From a virus (lineage: Duplodnaviria; Caudoviricetes): a stretch of 64,000 bases of DNA. The position numbers and the translations under genes are program-made. The DNA lies in IMG/VR virus record IMGVR_UViG_3300025087_000034, one strand, 5' to 3'. Positions 46,745 through 58,129 of the stretch are shown one piece after another (position 1 is the stretch's first letter; the number at the start of each line of letters is the position of its first letter). The notes under the pieces were generated by a model, which saw only the letters and a program-made list of their open reading frames with translations, searched no databases and was not told the DNA's origin.

Positions 46745-47089
46745 ATGAGTTTAGTACATGATAGAGTTGGCGTACAAGGTCAAAAGGTGCCAGTGGATTC
46801 TGCTACTATGTTGGATATTCCTGAGGAGTGTTATGAGGATTTAGAGAAGCTTCGTTCCTATGCGGACGAGCTTAATAATGCGAGGGTGGAACTTGGAAGA
46901 CTGCATCAGGTACTTGCACACCTGACCAACGTGTGTAACACAGCAGAACATAATGCTGCTGAGGCTAAGAAAAATATAGTAGACCATATGTCTCTACCAG
47001 AAGGTAATTGGGCGGTTGACTTTGATTCTAAAAAGGTTGCTCGTGTAGTTGTAGAAAATCTTAAAACACCAAGGGTGGTAGGTCCATAA
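46745..47089 (+). CDS. Hypothetical coiled-coil protein
   Basis: 114-aa ORF, AGGAGG RBS. Confidence 0.65.
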   Translation: MSLVHDRVGVQGQKVPVDSATMLDIPEECYEDLEKLRSYADELNNARVELGRLHQVLAHLTNVCNTAEHNAAEAKKNIVDHMSLPEGNWAVDFDSKKVARVVVENLKTPRVVGP

Positions 47090-47197
47090 TTTTTTGGCGG
47101 GGTAAAAAAGAATCCAATAATAATAAATAAGAGGACTTTTTAATCGTGCCCTGAATATATAGTGCTAAAAAATATATGATAGGTGGAACAATAAAAA

Positions 47198-48844
47198 ATG
47201 AGATACACAGATAAAGATTTATATAGTACAAAAGAGCGCCTTGAAATAATCCTTGATAATGGAGAGCACTCTTCTGATTGGTCCTCCTTAGCTGGGCCGG
47301 CTATAACTATTGCTTCAGGGTCAGAACATGTTACAGGGACTCGTTCCGTCAGTTTCGCTAAACAAGCGGGCGGAACAAAAGACGTATATATAATACGTCC
47401 TTTAGATATTAAAAATGGTTATAACCTAGACGCTTTCTCTTCTGAAGGTTTGATACTATCCTCAGTTTATATTCCTTCCCTTACTGATGTTTCATCCTAC
47501 AATATTGCACTATTAATGAGTTCCGGTACGGAAAATGGGGTTTTCTATAGTGTTGCTGATACTGATCTTGTTGTCGGTTGGAACAATCTCAAGATGGATT
47601 GTAATAGCTATACATCGGCGAGTGGGGTTGGTCTTGATTGGAATCATGTAAAGTATGTTGCAGTTGGTCTAACTCTCGATGCTGCAGATGATACTCTAGC
47701 TGGTATTCTTGTAGATAGTATACGTGTGCAGGTTCCGTCCGCATCATTTAATTTTGATACAAATGTTGACAATGTTACTGTGACTCTGGACACTGACGCG
47801 GCTAATACAGCTAGAACTACAGCTTCGCAGGTTTTGCCTGTTCAGAATGTAGACCAGGTTGGTGCGGTGGCTCCTGCTGGTAATATCAATACGAACGCAC
47901 CTTTTGGCAAGATAACTGACGGTAGCGATGATCTAAACCTGTTGGCTGCTAATGCTTCCAAGAGTGTCTCTTCTATTGTAGTACCTGTTCAGTCGGTAGA
48001 CAGAACGGGGGCTACTATGCCTGCTGGTGAGAGCCTTGGTAATGCACCCTTTTTCAAGTTGTCGGACAATGTGGATTCGTTGGACCTCATACCCGCTAGT
48101 GGAACTAAAAGTGTGTCTACTGTTACGGTTCCAGTGCAATGCATTGGACTTGACGGTGTTCCTATGGAGACTGTGTCTAATAGTCTCTCTGGGGCCTCTA
48201 TTTACTCTGCTGGACAAGGGGATTTTACTGTAGCGTATACTTCTAGTGCCACTGTTACCTTGGCAGGGCTGCTTTTTACTCCAACGAGTGTGCAATTCAT
48301 AGAAGTAGTACGCTTGGATACAACGGGTAAGCAAACTAAGCTTCGTCCTTATAATTATGCATTTTCTTATGTTGGGGCTACTGGGGTACTTACTGTTACA
48401 GGGGCTAGCTTTGTTGCCACAGATACTTATGACGTATTTTTGTGGGGTCCTCAGAAAACAGTTAATACTAGTGCCAATGCGCAGAATGTTTTGATATTAA
48501 ATCCTGGTCCTTCTACCTATACTTCAGCGACTTTGCTTACAGGCACGGCGGCAACCGGGGATGTATATGCTTACGTGGACGTAGCAGGGCTGCAAAACAT
48601 GAGCCTACAGTATTCTTTTACTGCTGGGACGGTATCTGGTGCCGTTGATCTTACTTTGCAAGATGACGGCACTGCTGCCGCATCATGCACGTATATGCCT
48701 TATACATATGACAGGTTTAGTGTGCATTATGTTACTGCTTCCTCTTTATTGGAATTTGACACTCCGGTCACAGCGAAATATCTACGTGTTAAGGTTTCTG
48801 CTACATCGGGAACTTACGCTGTATATTTCTGTGGAATTTATTAA
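47198..48844 (+). CDS. Virion structural protein (beta-rich)
   Basis: 548 aa, Thr/Ser/Ala/Val-rich, internal PVQ.VD..GA..PAG repeats. Confidence 0.65.
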   Translation: MRYTDKDLYSTKERLEIILDNGEHSSDWSSLAGPAITIASGSEHVTGTRSVSFAKQAGGTKDVYIIRPLDIKNGYNLDAFSSEGLILSSVYIPSLTDVSSYNIALLMSSGTENGVFYSVADTDLVVGWNNLKMDCNSYTSASGVGLDWNHVKYVAVGLTLDAADDTLAGILVDSIRVQVPSASFNFDTNVDNVTVTLDTDAANTARTTASQVLPVQNVDQVGAVAPAGNINTNAPFGKITDGSDDLNLLAANASKSVSSIVVPVQSVDRTGATMPAGESLGNAPFFKLSDNVDSLDLIPASGTKSVSTVTVPVQCIGLDGVPMETVSNSLSGASIYSAGQGDFTVAYTSSATVTLAGLLFTPTSVQFIEVVRLDTTGKQTKLRPYNYAFSYVGATGVLTVTGASFVATDTYDVFLWGPQKTVNTSANAQNVLILNPGPSTYTSATLLTGTAATGDVYAYVDVAGLQNMSLQYSFTAGTVSGAVDLTLQDDGTAAASCTYMPYTYDRFSVHYVTASSLLEFDTPVTAKYLRVKVSATSGTYAVYFCGIY

Positions 48845-48875
48845 TAATATTAAGTAGTTAGCTTATGAGGTTTTT

Positions 48876-49658
48876 ATGAATAATAGTTGTGAGTGTAAGT
48901 CCGGTATTTATACCATTATTAATACTGTGAATGGAAAATCTTATGTAGGAAGCTCCGTGAATATTAAGAGGCGCTGGTATGATCATCGCTCGTCTTTAAA
49001 CAGGGGGGCTCATGAGAATCCCCATCTTCAGAATTCTTGGAATAAGTATGGTGCAGAATCTTTTTATTTTGGTGTTTTAGAGTTTGTAGACAACAAAAGG
49101 ACTTTAATTTCAAGAGAACAGTATTGGATTGATTTGCTAGAGGTAGTTAATTTTGACAAGGGGTACAATATTAGCCCTTCTGCTGGGAGTTGTTTGGGAG
49201 TAAAACATTCAGATGAGACTAGAAAAAGGATCTCTTTGTCGATGGCTGGTTCTTCTAATCCTTTCTATGGTAAGCACCATACGGAGGAAACCAAGAGGGG
49301 GCTTTCTAGCGCGCGCATAGGTAGAAACATAGGTGAGGATAACCATTTTTATGGAAGGCACCATACGGAAGAGACTAAGAAAAAGATGTTGGTGGCTAAG
49401 CAGGCTGTCGAACTTGAGTTTATGGGGGAGGTCAAGGTGTTGGGCGAGTGGGCTAAGTGTACAGGAATAAGTAGACTAACTTTGAGTTCAAGAATATTTC
49501 AGTTAGGGTGGTCTACGGAGAGGGCACTAACAACACCAGTGAATCAGAGTGTAAGCGTAAAAAGAGTTAAGCAGGTGTTTTCTTGTGAGACAAGAAAAAA
49601 GATGTCAGAGTCTGGTAGGAATAGAAAATGTAGGTGTAGTTTGGCGACAAAACTTTAA
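48876..49658 (+). mobile_element. GIY-YIG homing endonuclease with NUMOD3 motifs
   Basis: SGIYTIINTVNGKSYVG; NPFYGKHHTEETK repeats; WSTERALTTP. Confidence 0.88.
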
Positions 49659-49701
49659 ATTTGTGGGTCTAGCTATAAAGGATAACCTATAGGTAAAACT
49701 A

Positions 49702-51018
49702 GTGCAAACACTTCCTAAAATCCAAGGTGAGAAACTTACCAAACGGTTTGATTTACGTTCTTCTACTTCTATTGCTGAAGATGGTGGAACTATAGCTGGA
49801 AGTCTATCTTATAATAGTGTGAAAGGGGCGTATTTTGACGGCATTACTAATTATATTAGTTATTACCCTTCTTCTTATTTGACTAGTAATAAGATAAGCA
49901 TAAGTATTGAATTTACACCATCTTTCGTATGTACAGATGGTGCAACACGATATTTGTTTAGCGCATATACAAATAGTGTAAAATTATTGGTAGCCAAGAA
50001 TGCAGGGTCTGGGATTTCCGTGTATATTGGGGACGGTGTCTCGGTTATTGGTGGTTCTTCTGTAGCTGGTCTTTGGAGAGTAAACGAGAGGAATGTAATA
50101 ACAGCGGCTTGTGTCTCTGGGACGAACAAAGTTTGGTTGAATGGGGTGCTGGCTGGGTCTTCGGGAGTTGCTTGGACGCCTTTAGCAAATTATACCACAG
50201 CGGTTATCGGCGCATATTACTATGGCAGTATGAGTTCTCCCTTTGTTGGGAATATACATTCTATATCTATATACAATACCCTATTGACCGAAACAGAAGC
50301 ATTAGATTTATATGATAATAGTACATTCAACTTTTTTTCAGTCGCCGACGTTTTTTTAGATATGAAAAGTCAAACTTCTAACGGCACAAATCAAATAACC
50401 AAAGACAAAAGCGGACACGGGCGGGATTTCAAACTTGGGGATGGTACAACTGCTTCTACGATGCCTGCCTTTATGAGCCCCGGTTATGACCTAGATGGGA
50501 CTTCGGATTATTTGTTGAATAGTAATGTTACAGGAATATATAACAATACCTACCAAACAATAGTGGTGGCGTTCAGACCTAACTTTGTTTACACGAATAA
50601 CGCTTATTCTTATTTGTACAGTTCTGCTGCTGGGGCATTTCAATACGCAGTTGTCAAAGCAGCTAATGTGGGTAGTAATGCTTTATACGTGATAATGGGA
50701 GGGTACGAGGTGCAGGCAATAGCTTCCTCCATATATTCTCCATATTGGAAGCAACACGGGGTTAATGTTTTGGTTGTTTCAGGAATATCAGGCAACACTG
50801 ATGTATGGCTGAATGGTAATCAAATTTTGACTAAGGGTAACACGGTTTGGGTTCCTACAAATTCTACGAGCATATATCTCGGTCAGGTTTATAGTGGGAC
50901 AGCACGCTTTAATGGTGAGATTTTCCATTTTTCAACTTATGGTAATAAATTCTCACAGAAAATGTCAGATACACAAGTGAGATATTTAACCGGATATCTC
51001 ATGCAAATGTATAGTTAG
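49702..51018 (+). CDS. LamG/concanavalin A-like tandem-domain virion protein
   Basis: FDG..NY, FVGNIHSISIYNTLLT..E, FNGEI motifs. Confidence 0.7.
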   Translation: MQTLPKIQGEKLTKRFDLRSSTSIAEDGGTIAGSLSYNSVKGAYFDGITNYISYYPSSYLTSNKISISIEFTPSFVCTDGATRYLFSAYTNSVKLLVAKNAGSGISVYIGDGVSVIGGSSVAGLWRVNERNVITAACVSGTNKVWLNGVLAGSSGVAWTPLANYTTAVIGAYYYGSMSSPFVGNIHSISIYNTLLTETEALDLYDNSTFNFFSVADVFLDMKSQTSNGTNQITKDKSGHGRDFKLGDGTTASTMPAFMSPGYDLDGTSDYLLNSNVTGIYNNTYQTIVVAFRPNFVYTNNAYSYLYSSAAGAFQYAVVKAANVGSNALYVIMGGYEVQAIASSIYSPYWKQHGVNVLVVSGISGNTDVWLNGNQILTKGNTVWVPTNSTSIYLGQVYSGTARFNGEIFHFSTYGNKFSQKMSDTQVRYLTGYLMQMYS

Positions 51019-51072
51019 ATTTTTTTAACGCGCGGAAAAAATAATCCCAACATGAAGAAAGTATAACACATA

Positions 51073-52974
51073 ATGACCACACTTCCAAGATACGAACATT
51101 GTTGCCTAGACCATAGATATTTTATGTCGTCATTTCATGATTACAGCGGAAATGGAAATCATGGTTCTCCGTCCGGTGTACGTTGGGAGAAAAAACCCAG
51201 TACCCATGTCCGTTATGTGTTAGCAAGTGAAAACAGGATAACGGTCTCAAATAGTCCTTTGTTAGAGTCCATGACAGAGGGAACCATTATAGCCTATAGC
51301 GACGAATTTAAACAGACGACTGAAGCCTACGATATAATTACAAGTAAAGGATTAGCGTCGAATCACCCTCTATTCTCATTTTCAAATGATGCTGTAGGTC
51401 AAATATATCTAACGGATAGTGTTAATACCAGAGGGGCGATAAATCCGTATGCTGGAAAAAAATCCGTCGCAGTATCCTTCAGGAATGAGGAAACTCCTTA
51501 TTCTTATACAGATGGTACAAATAAGGTAGTCTTTGATGGTGAAATTATCTGTGATGGTACAAGCAGCGCTGATTTGGTTATCGGTAATCTGGAGGGGTAC
51601 TCCTTTGCTTGCTCAAACCCTTTAAAAGGTGTACTTTATTATGCTGTTCAGCTAACAGATGATGAAATTGCCCAGGCCCATTCTTGGATTATGGAACAAA
51701 AATCTGTTTCGCGCGCTAAAAAGAATTTTATATACCCCTCCCAACTAAATAAAAGTCCAAATATCTTAGCGGCTTATGAAATGAATAACATTCATGGAAA
51801 AGTAATCGACATAACCGGTCAAGGATATGAAGGAACCATAACAAAATGCAGTGGAGGAACCATCATAGGAGGAATATCGGCGCTAAGATTTAATGGGTCT
51901 GACTCTAAAGTCTTAGTGGACAAAAACGTTGATTTAACTTCAACGGATTTTTCTTTTGAAGCCTTAGTAAAAACTGCAACTGTATCTACAAACATGGTTA
52001 TAGTGTCAAGGCGCACAACTGGGACCTGTTATGTTTACATGCGAATCGATAGTTCCGCGGGTTATTTACGAGCGGTGTTTGTTGGGACAGGCGGATCCGT
52101 AAGTAATGTCTATGGACCGTCAACAAGTGTGGCAAATAATAAGTGGCACCATGTGGTTTTAACGGCTGATAGAGACGGCAATGCAATTTTATATTTGGAC
52201 AGCGTTCCTGGAACACCGGTAAGTATAGCTGCTATAGGTAGTTTGTCTTCTTCTGATTTAGAGATTGGAGCCAGAGAGGCTATTGAGTCTTTTAACGGTT
52301 TGATTTCCGAAGTAGCTGTCTATAATAAATGTCTTTCACAAGCAGAAGTAAGTGTCAGGTATAGGAAATATGCCTCTATCCCTACTTTTCTTGATGATTT
52401 AGAAGACGCTAACGAAAGCGTAACGGTAGAAGGTGGGGCTGTAGGGAATTTTTTAAGTAATACTTGTTGGAGGTTTGGGGATACTATTGGAAGATACAAA
52501 GTGTTAAGGGATGAAACACTAGGAGTAGGTCAGAAAGTTATTGAATGTACAACGGCAGGTTTATTGTATCAAGAAAACAGACAATCTTATGGAACGTGGT
52601 CTTTTGATATATACCATGTGGATTCTTCAAATACTCAACTATTATTTATTGCGGATACAGTAGGAAATAAGTCAGCCTCTGGTCAGGATGGTTATTATTT
52701 TGATATTTCTACTACGGAAGTAGTTTCAGTAGGTGAAAGTGTGGCTGGCACCCCTACAGATAAGGTTACCAATGCTTCTGGTGTAGGGGTTTCAACCTGG
52801 ACTAACTTTAAAATAACCCGGTCATGTATGGGTGTATTTACTCTTTATAGAAATAATGTCTTATTGGGTTCTACTTTTACTGATACTACAGCAACAAATT
52901 CTACATATTTTGTATTGGATTTTGATGCAGGTGATAAGATATCAGACCTACGGCTCTATTCAGGTGTATTTTAA
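51073..52974 (+). CDS. LamG/concanavalin A-like multi-domain virion protein
   Basis: ALRFNGS, KWHHVV, LYLD, FNGLISEVAVYNKCLSQAEV. Confidence 0.8.
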   Translation: MTTLPRYEHCCLDHRYFMSSFHDYSGNGNHGSPSGVRWEKKPSTHVRYVLASENRITVSNSPLLESMTEGTIIAYSDEFKQTTEAYDIITSKGLASNHPLFSFSNDAVGQIYLTDSVNTRGAINPYAGKKSVAVSFRNEETPYSYTDGTNKVVFDGEIICDGTSSADLVIGNLEGYSFACSNPLKGVLYYAVQLTDDEIAQAHSWIMEQKSVSRAKKNFIYPSQLNKSPNILAAYEMNNIHGKVIDITGQGYEGTITKCSGGTIIGGISALRFNGSDSKVLVDKNVDLTSTDFSFEALVKTATVSTNMVIVSRRTTGTCYVYMRIDSSAGYLRAVFVGTGGSVSNVYGPSTSVANNKWHHVVLTADRDGNAILYLDSVPGTPVSIAAIGSLSSSDLEIGAREAIESFNGLISEVAVYNKCLSQAEVSVRYRKYASIPTFLDDLEDANESVTVEGGAVGNFLSNTCWRFGDTIGRYKVLRDETLGVGQKVIECTTAGLLYQENRQSYGTWSFDIYHVDSSNTQLLFIADTVGNKSASGQDGYYFDISTTEVVSVGESVAGTPTDKVTNASGVGVSTWTNFKITRSCMGVFTLYRNNVLLGSTFTDTTATNSTYFVLDFDAGDKISDLRLYSGVF

Positions 52975-53091
52975 ATTCTGTTTAATTATATATTTTGATT
53001 GGATTTTGATGCAGGTGATAAGATATCAGACCTACGGCTCTATTCAGGTGTATTTTAAATTCTGTTTAATTATATATTTTGATTGGATTTT
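52914..53091. repeat. Exact 84-bp tandem duplication
   Basis: 52914-52997 equals 52998-53081, followed by a further 10-bp partial copy. Confidence 0.95.
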
Positions 53092-53253
53092 TTGGCGCGC
53101 CAAGAAAAAATCAGATCCAAGAGATTGGGTATTTTTCAGAGGTTTCTAAATAAAAAGTTTACAATATCCTTAAAATAAATTATATTAATACTAGTGAGTA
53201 TTAAAAACCCTATTTGCATATACTATTGTGCTATAGATACAGGGGTATTTTAT

Positions 53254-53679
53254 ATGGCCGGTAACGATCGTAAGAAAGCAAAGGTTTGGAAAGTAGAGGT
53301 CGAGGGCCAGCCGGTTCTGGTAGTAACCATAGAGCATGGCCTTAAGAAGCCGTCTATGTGCGAGGGGTGCTCCGCTCCATGTTGTAAGGGTAGACTACGG
53401 CCGGTCTTGACCGAAGAGGAGTTTAAAACCAGGAAATTTCCCATCTTATTTTTGGAGGTTCCAGAGTTTATAAAAAAACAAGTGCCGAGAGCCCAAGCTA
53501 TTGCTACACTTGGTAATTTCACTGATACTGGGTGTTCTTATTATGATAAGGATGTGGGGGTGTGTCTTATTTGGCCGAATTGCCCTGATGGGTGTGGGGC
53601 GTATGATTGTCGGGAGGACACACGACCAGAGATTAGTGAGTTTGCTGCTAGGAGGGTTGCACAGTGGCGGGCACAGTAA
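53254..53679 (+). CDS. YkgJ-family Cys-cluster (Fe-S/Zn) protein
   Basis: CEGCSAPCC..GCSY..VCLIW..CPDGCGAYDC. Confidence 0.75.
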   Translation: MAGNDRKKAKVWKVEVEGQPVLVVTIEHGLKKPSMCEGCSAPCCKGRLRPVLTEEEFKTRKFPILFLEVPEFIKKQVPRAQAIATLGNFTDTGCSYYDKDVGVCLIWPNCPDGCGAYDCREDTRPEISEFAARRVAQWRAQ

Positions 53680-55697
53680 CAACGGATTTCGTGTTCTTTA
53701 CTGGAGCTACAGGCGGGAGCATATCCAACTGTGACCAGAGTACTGATTGGATCACAGCACCTACGTTTGACGCCGAAACATTTGTGCAGGGCGCAGGGTC
53801 GTTGTCGGCAAAGGTGTCGGCTACGACATATACAAGTGTGTTTACGTTTTCGGCGCCGGTCGATTTGAGCGACAAGTTATTGGTCGTGTGGATGAATTGT
53901 GCCACGCCGAACAAGTTGGCGGCCAAGGCCGCCGGAGGGCTTCGGCTTAAGATACTAGATGCGAGTGCAAATTGGGCCGAGTGGTATGTCGCGGGCAATG
54001 ACACTTATTTTGGCGGTTGGAAGGCGTTTGTTATTCGAACGAATCAAACCCCCTCTGCCACGAGCGTTACATTGCCAACTTACAGCGCCATTACCAAGGC
54101 AGGGGTTGTTATCACCACTACGTCTTCGGTTGCCAAGACTAATTTCTGGTTTGATGCGATGAGGTATGGGACGTATATGCAGGTTTATGCAGGCACGTCT
54201 GGTTCTCCTGCGACATGGGACGACTTCATTACTTACGAAGCATCAAATGCGGTAGGTATGTTGTCTCGTGAAGAGGGTATCCTTTTTGTCCAGAGTAAAA
54301 TCCTGGTTGGAAGCATGGGGGCAGGCGTTGCAACGTATTTTAAGGACATGTCAGAGATTGTTGTGTTTCGGAATAACGTTTTTGGTACAGGTTTCTATGA
54401 GTTAAAGGGGCAAGGCAACTCTACTGCTGACACCGAAATATATTTTGGAACCAAAGCGGGAATCGCTGGCATATCTGGGGGTGCGATAAAATCGGCAGGG
54501 GCGTCCAAAGCGATTTTAGACATGGATGACCAGTATATCACCAAACTTGGATTATATGGGGTTTCTTTTTACTCCTTAGACAGCACTTATTTACCTACGA
54601 GCTCAAGTTATCGTGAGGTATTGAATTGTTCCTTTGAGTTGTGCAAGGAGGTACAGGTTTCTACCTGTACGGTTACTAGTTGTAACTTTATCTCGTCTTA
54701 TGATGTTGGTGATGCTAGTGGGGCTATTTTAGTTGATAGTACTAGCTTTGGGGTTACTGGTTGCAGTTTTATTGCCTGCCCTAATGGCGTGCATATAAAC
54801 ACACCTGGAACTTATGGGTTTACTGGCATGCTTTTTACTGAGTGTACTGCAGATATTTCAAATGATAGTGGCGGGCTGGTTACTATCAACAAGACTTCCC
54901 CTTCCAACCCTAGCACAGAAAACGACGACCCCTATTATGGTACTAACTTAAAGGCCTTGGCATATGATTATAATGGTGGAGTTGGGTCTGTTTATACAGA
55001 TCAAAGCACTGCCGCACAAAATACCACTATTAATGATATGGCTTTGTTGTCGGATAGCGATGAAGTTGGGGACGCCTATTATTTTGGTCATGCTACGGCC
55101 CCCTTTGCCTCTTTAAATGTAGATATTGGTACGTCAGGGGTGGGTACTTGGACTGTTACGTGGGAATATTGGGACGGTGACTCCTGGGGGGCACTGTCTG
55201 GGGTTTCCGATGGAACCAGCGGGTTTACAGCAGCTACAGGGTGGAGAGCAGTTACATTTACGGAACCGTCGGACTGGGCTAGTACAACAGTTAATAGTGT
55301 GGCTGCTTATTGGGTTAGAGCCCGTATGTCTTCTTTTGCGTCTAAAACAACAGCCCCATTGGGTGATCAGGCAGAGCTGGTAGGGGATACAAAATTTGAG
55401 GGGTCCGTAAATATGCTGGTAACGGTATTAAACGAGGCTGGGTCGCCAATAAGTGGGGCACAGGTAGCAATATATAGGACGACCGATAAGGAAGAGCTTA
55501 TGAATAAAGATACTGATGTCGATGGAAAGGCTATGGAATCTGTGGCGTTTAGTTCTGAATTTAGTGTTGGTATTCGTGTTAGAAAGAGTACATCTGGGTA
55601 TACCAGATATGTTAATGCTAGTTCACCGGGAACGGTTTATTCAAGCGGGTTGTCAGCTACTATTACTATGATAACAGAGTTGGTAGCCCTTAGTTAG
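53664..55697 (+). CDS. Virion structural protein
   Basis: 677 aa, beta-rich; AGGAGG RBS lies inside the end of the YkgJ gene. Confidence 0.7.
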   Translation: MAGTVTTDFVFFTGATGGSISNCDQSTDWITAPTFDAETFVQGAGSLSAKVSATTYTSVFTFSAPVDLSDKLLVVWMNCATPNKLAAKAAGGLRLKILDASANWAEWYVAGNDTYFGGWKAFVIRTNQTPSATSVTLPTYSAITKAGVVITTTSSVAKTNFWFDAMRYGTYMQVYAGTSGSPATWDDFITYEASNAVGMLSREEGILFVQSKILVGSMGAGVATYFKDMSEIVVFRNNVFGTGFYELKGQGNSTADTEIYFGTKAGIAGISGGAIKSAGASKAILDMDDQYITKLGLYGVSFYSLDSTYLPTSSSYREVLNCSFELCKEVQVSTCTVTSCNFISSYDVGDASGAILVDSTSFGVTGCSFIACPNGVHINTPGTYGFTGMLFTECTADISNDSGGLVTINKTSPSNPSTENDDPYYGTNLKALAYDYNGGVGSVYTDQSTAAQNTTINDMALLSDSDEVGDAYYFGHATAPFASLNVDIGTSGVGTWTVTWEYWDGDSWGALSGVSDGTSGFTAATGWRAVTFTEPSDWASTTVNSVAAYWVRARMSSFASKTTAPLGDQAELVGDTKFEGSVNMLVTVLNEAGSPISGAQVAIYRTTDKEELMNKDTDVDGKAMESVAFSSEFSVGIRVRKSTSGYTRYVNASSPGTVYSSGLSATITMITELVALS

Positions 55698-55706
55698 GAG
55701 GAATAA

Positions 55707-58127
55707 ATGTCAGATACTATACTAAGCAATCGTTGGAAAGTGTATTACCTGTCTGAAACCAGACAAAAGAGGATTGAGAGGGATGTCTCAGTAACACCCA
55801 CTGTTACTGATGATATTAAGGACTTATATACAGCCTTGGCTGACTTGTTCGATGAGTTTACGCAGATGGACGACGGGACTGTTATGAAGTATGCAACCCC
55901 TACTGAGTATACCATCGGTAAAATTGATACGGGTGATACAGATCCTTGGTTTGTCGACATGCGCTCCGTAGAGTACATATATGGTGGGGCCTTGGAGACA
56001 AGTGGGTGGAGGCGCATTACTACGTCTAATACCGGAGTTGTAAGGGTAACCAGGGCTGGTACCAATATTGTTTCTGGCGATATAGGGCTGGTTATATCAC
56101 ATGCTGATGGTGATATGGGTACTTTGTTAGATGTAAATGGTTCTCATTTATGGATTAGGCCTAGCTCAAGTGCCTCCGGGGATAATTGGGATAGCACTAG
56201 TGGTAATATTACCTGTAATAGCCATGTAGATACTCAAAGTGTTGCTGCTGAAACGGGTGAGTTGCTATGGTCTAATATTTACTCCATCGGCTCATCCCTT
56301 GATGGAGACTCTCTTACAAGGTTGTATGTATATCAGGAAGGTACAAAATTGACAGCCTATAAGGGGGCACAGAGCTGGTGGTCTGAGGGGCATATAGATA
56401 TATTAGTACAGGTTAAAACCCCAGGGGCGGGTAACTCAGTGCTTATAGACGACGGATATATCATTGTTTTTCCTAGAAGATATTCACAGCAGTATGACAA
56501 CTACATAGTGGACCTGTCTTCAGGCGGTAGAAACCCCATTCCGTTGTCTGTTGGAGCAGATATTAATAATGAGACGGGGTATAGGCAGGTTACATTGGGG
56601 ACATCTTCCGGTACTTGGAGTGTCGGAGATGAGATAGAGGGTAAGGTAACAGCCTCTCGTGGCGTTATTACTAATATTTCAGGTACTAATCCAACAATTA
56701 TGTTGCAGTATTACTTGATTGATGTCCTTACGGATTTTAATGGGTCTGAGGGTATAGAGAATAATACTGGTACAGGAGATTCTTCTTCTTCTGGGGCTAC
56801 TTCATCGGATGGTCCTTCATCCCTTGTTGGTTTGTCTATAGTACACGCAGCAAATAGCTCGTATGATATTGACGAAGACGGTACTAATGAGTATTACTCT
56901 ATAGTTATAGATTGTTCCGATGAATTGTTAGCCGATGTGTACGAATGGACAAAGTATGTGCTCCGTAGGGGCAGTACAGATACATCAAATAATGATGGGC
57001 AAAACGGGGAAGCTTATATAGGCACTACTTATTATATTAACTATACAACGCTAAGCGGTTCCATTGCCGAGGGTAGTATCGTAACCCAGCTAGTGTCGGG
57101 TGCTAAGGGTGTGGTGGTTGCCCATCATACGGGGTCTAAAATATTGGTACTTCGATCTACTAGGGGTACATTCAACAATACTAATAATATAGAAGAGGGT
57201 GCAAATTATGTTACTGGCCCAACTTGCTATAGTATGTCTGCTAATAAGGCCTCACCGTATGGGACCTTTGCGGGAGGTCGTTGGTTTTGTGCTCCTGGTG
57301 TAGTGCTTGCTAATGTCCCTTCTGTTGATTACAATAACTGGCAGACTACTGACGACCAGCGTGTAGCTAAGGCTAGGCCGATAAAGGTAGACGTTTCTGT
57401 AGGAAACACTCGCGTTGGTGATCGTATTGCCGTTTGGAGGTTAGATGTTGCTGGTGGTATAATTCAGAAAGATGTGTATGCCATAGACTCTTTGCAGTCG
57501 TCTTTGGGTGAGTATTCAGTTAGGGTTGACCCTGCTATTTTGGTAGACGAGCCGGGTAAGACTAGTGGGGGAAAGCTTAGAGTAGTGGATGAGTCGGAAG
57601 GTTGGGAGCATCGTTATCGTTACACTGGTTGGTCTGGTGACCTATTTAATCTTTATACATTGTCTGGTGTTGCTGATGCCGGCGGGTCATCTACATCGTT
57701 ATTGGACTCGGCTGGTGATTTTATAACCAATGGTGTGCAGATAGGAGATATAATTTTTAATTCTACAGAAAGCACTTATGCATATGTTACAGTTACGGGT
57801 ACCTCTTCGTTGACCACAACCAATATTGGATCAAACGCCCCTGTAATTGATTGGACTACAGATTCGTATGTGGTGGGTGTTCTTGTCGAAGACTATACAA
57901 CTAGTGACACTGTCTACGTACCATTTATTGACGAGTTAGAAACAGTTGGTACCGATGGTGCCCCAGGGTTGGAGTCTGTTCAGATTGTATATGATGCTGT
58001 TGTTCCTGCCAGATGTCGTGTTCGTAGCGCAGGGGATATTATTCCCTTCGTTGCAGATTTTACCATTGGGTCTAGTGGTGGTACTATTAACGTTATTAGA
58101 AATCTAGATACGGTGCATGGGACGTAA
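55707..58127 (+). CDS. Large virion structural protein
   Basis: 806 aa, Gly/Ser/Thr-rich; AGGAGG RBS. Confidence 0.7.
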   Translation: MSDTILSNRWKVYYLSETRQKRIERDVSVTPTVTDDIKDLYTALADLFDEFTQMDDGTVMKYATPTEYTIGKIDTGDTDPWFVDMRSVEYIYGGALETSGWRRITTSNTGVVRVTRAGTNIVSGDIGLVISHADGDMGTLLDVNGSHLWIRPSSSASGDNWDSTSGNITCNSHVDTQSVAAETGELLWSNIYSIGSSLDGDSLTRLYVYQEGTKLTAYKGAQSWWSEGHIDILVQVKTPGAGNSVLIDDGYIIVFPRRYSQQYDNYIVDLSSGGRNPIPLSVGADINNETGYRQVTLGTSSGTWSVGDEIEGKVTASRGVITNISGTNPTIMLQYYLIDVLTDFNGSEGIENNTGTGDSSSSGATSSDGPSSLVGLSIVHAANSSYDIDEDGTNEYYSIVIDCSDELLADVYEWTKYVLRRGSTDTSNNDGQNGEAYIGTTYYINYTTLSGSIAEGSIVTQLVSGAKGVVVAHHTGSKILVLRSTRGTFNNTNNIEEGANYVTGPTCYSMSANKASPYGTFAGGRWFCAPGVVLANVPSVDYNNWQTTDDQRVAKARPIKVDVSVGNTRVGDRIAVWRLDVAGGIIQKDVYAIDSLQSSLGEYSVRVDPAILVDEPGKTSGGKLRVVDESEGWEHRYRYTGWSGDLFNLYTLSGVADAGGSSTSLLDSAGDFITNGVQIGDIIFNSTESTYAYVTVTGTSSLTTTNIGSNAPVIDWTTDSYVVGVLVEDYTTSDTVYVPFIDELETVGTDGAPGLESVQIVYDAVVPARCRVRSAGDIIPFVADFTIGSSGGTINVIRNLDTVHGT

Positions 58128-58129
58128 TA

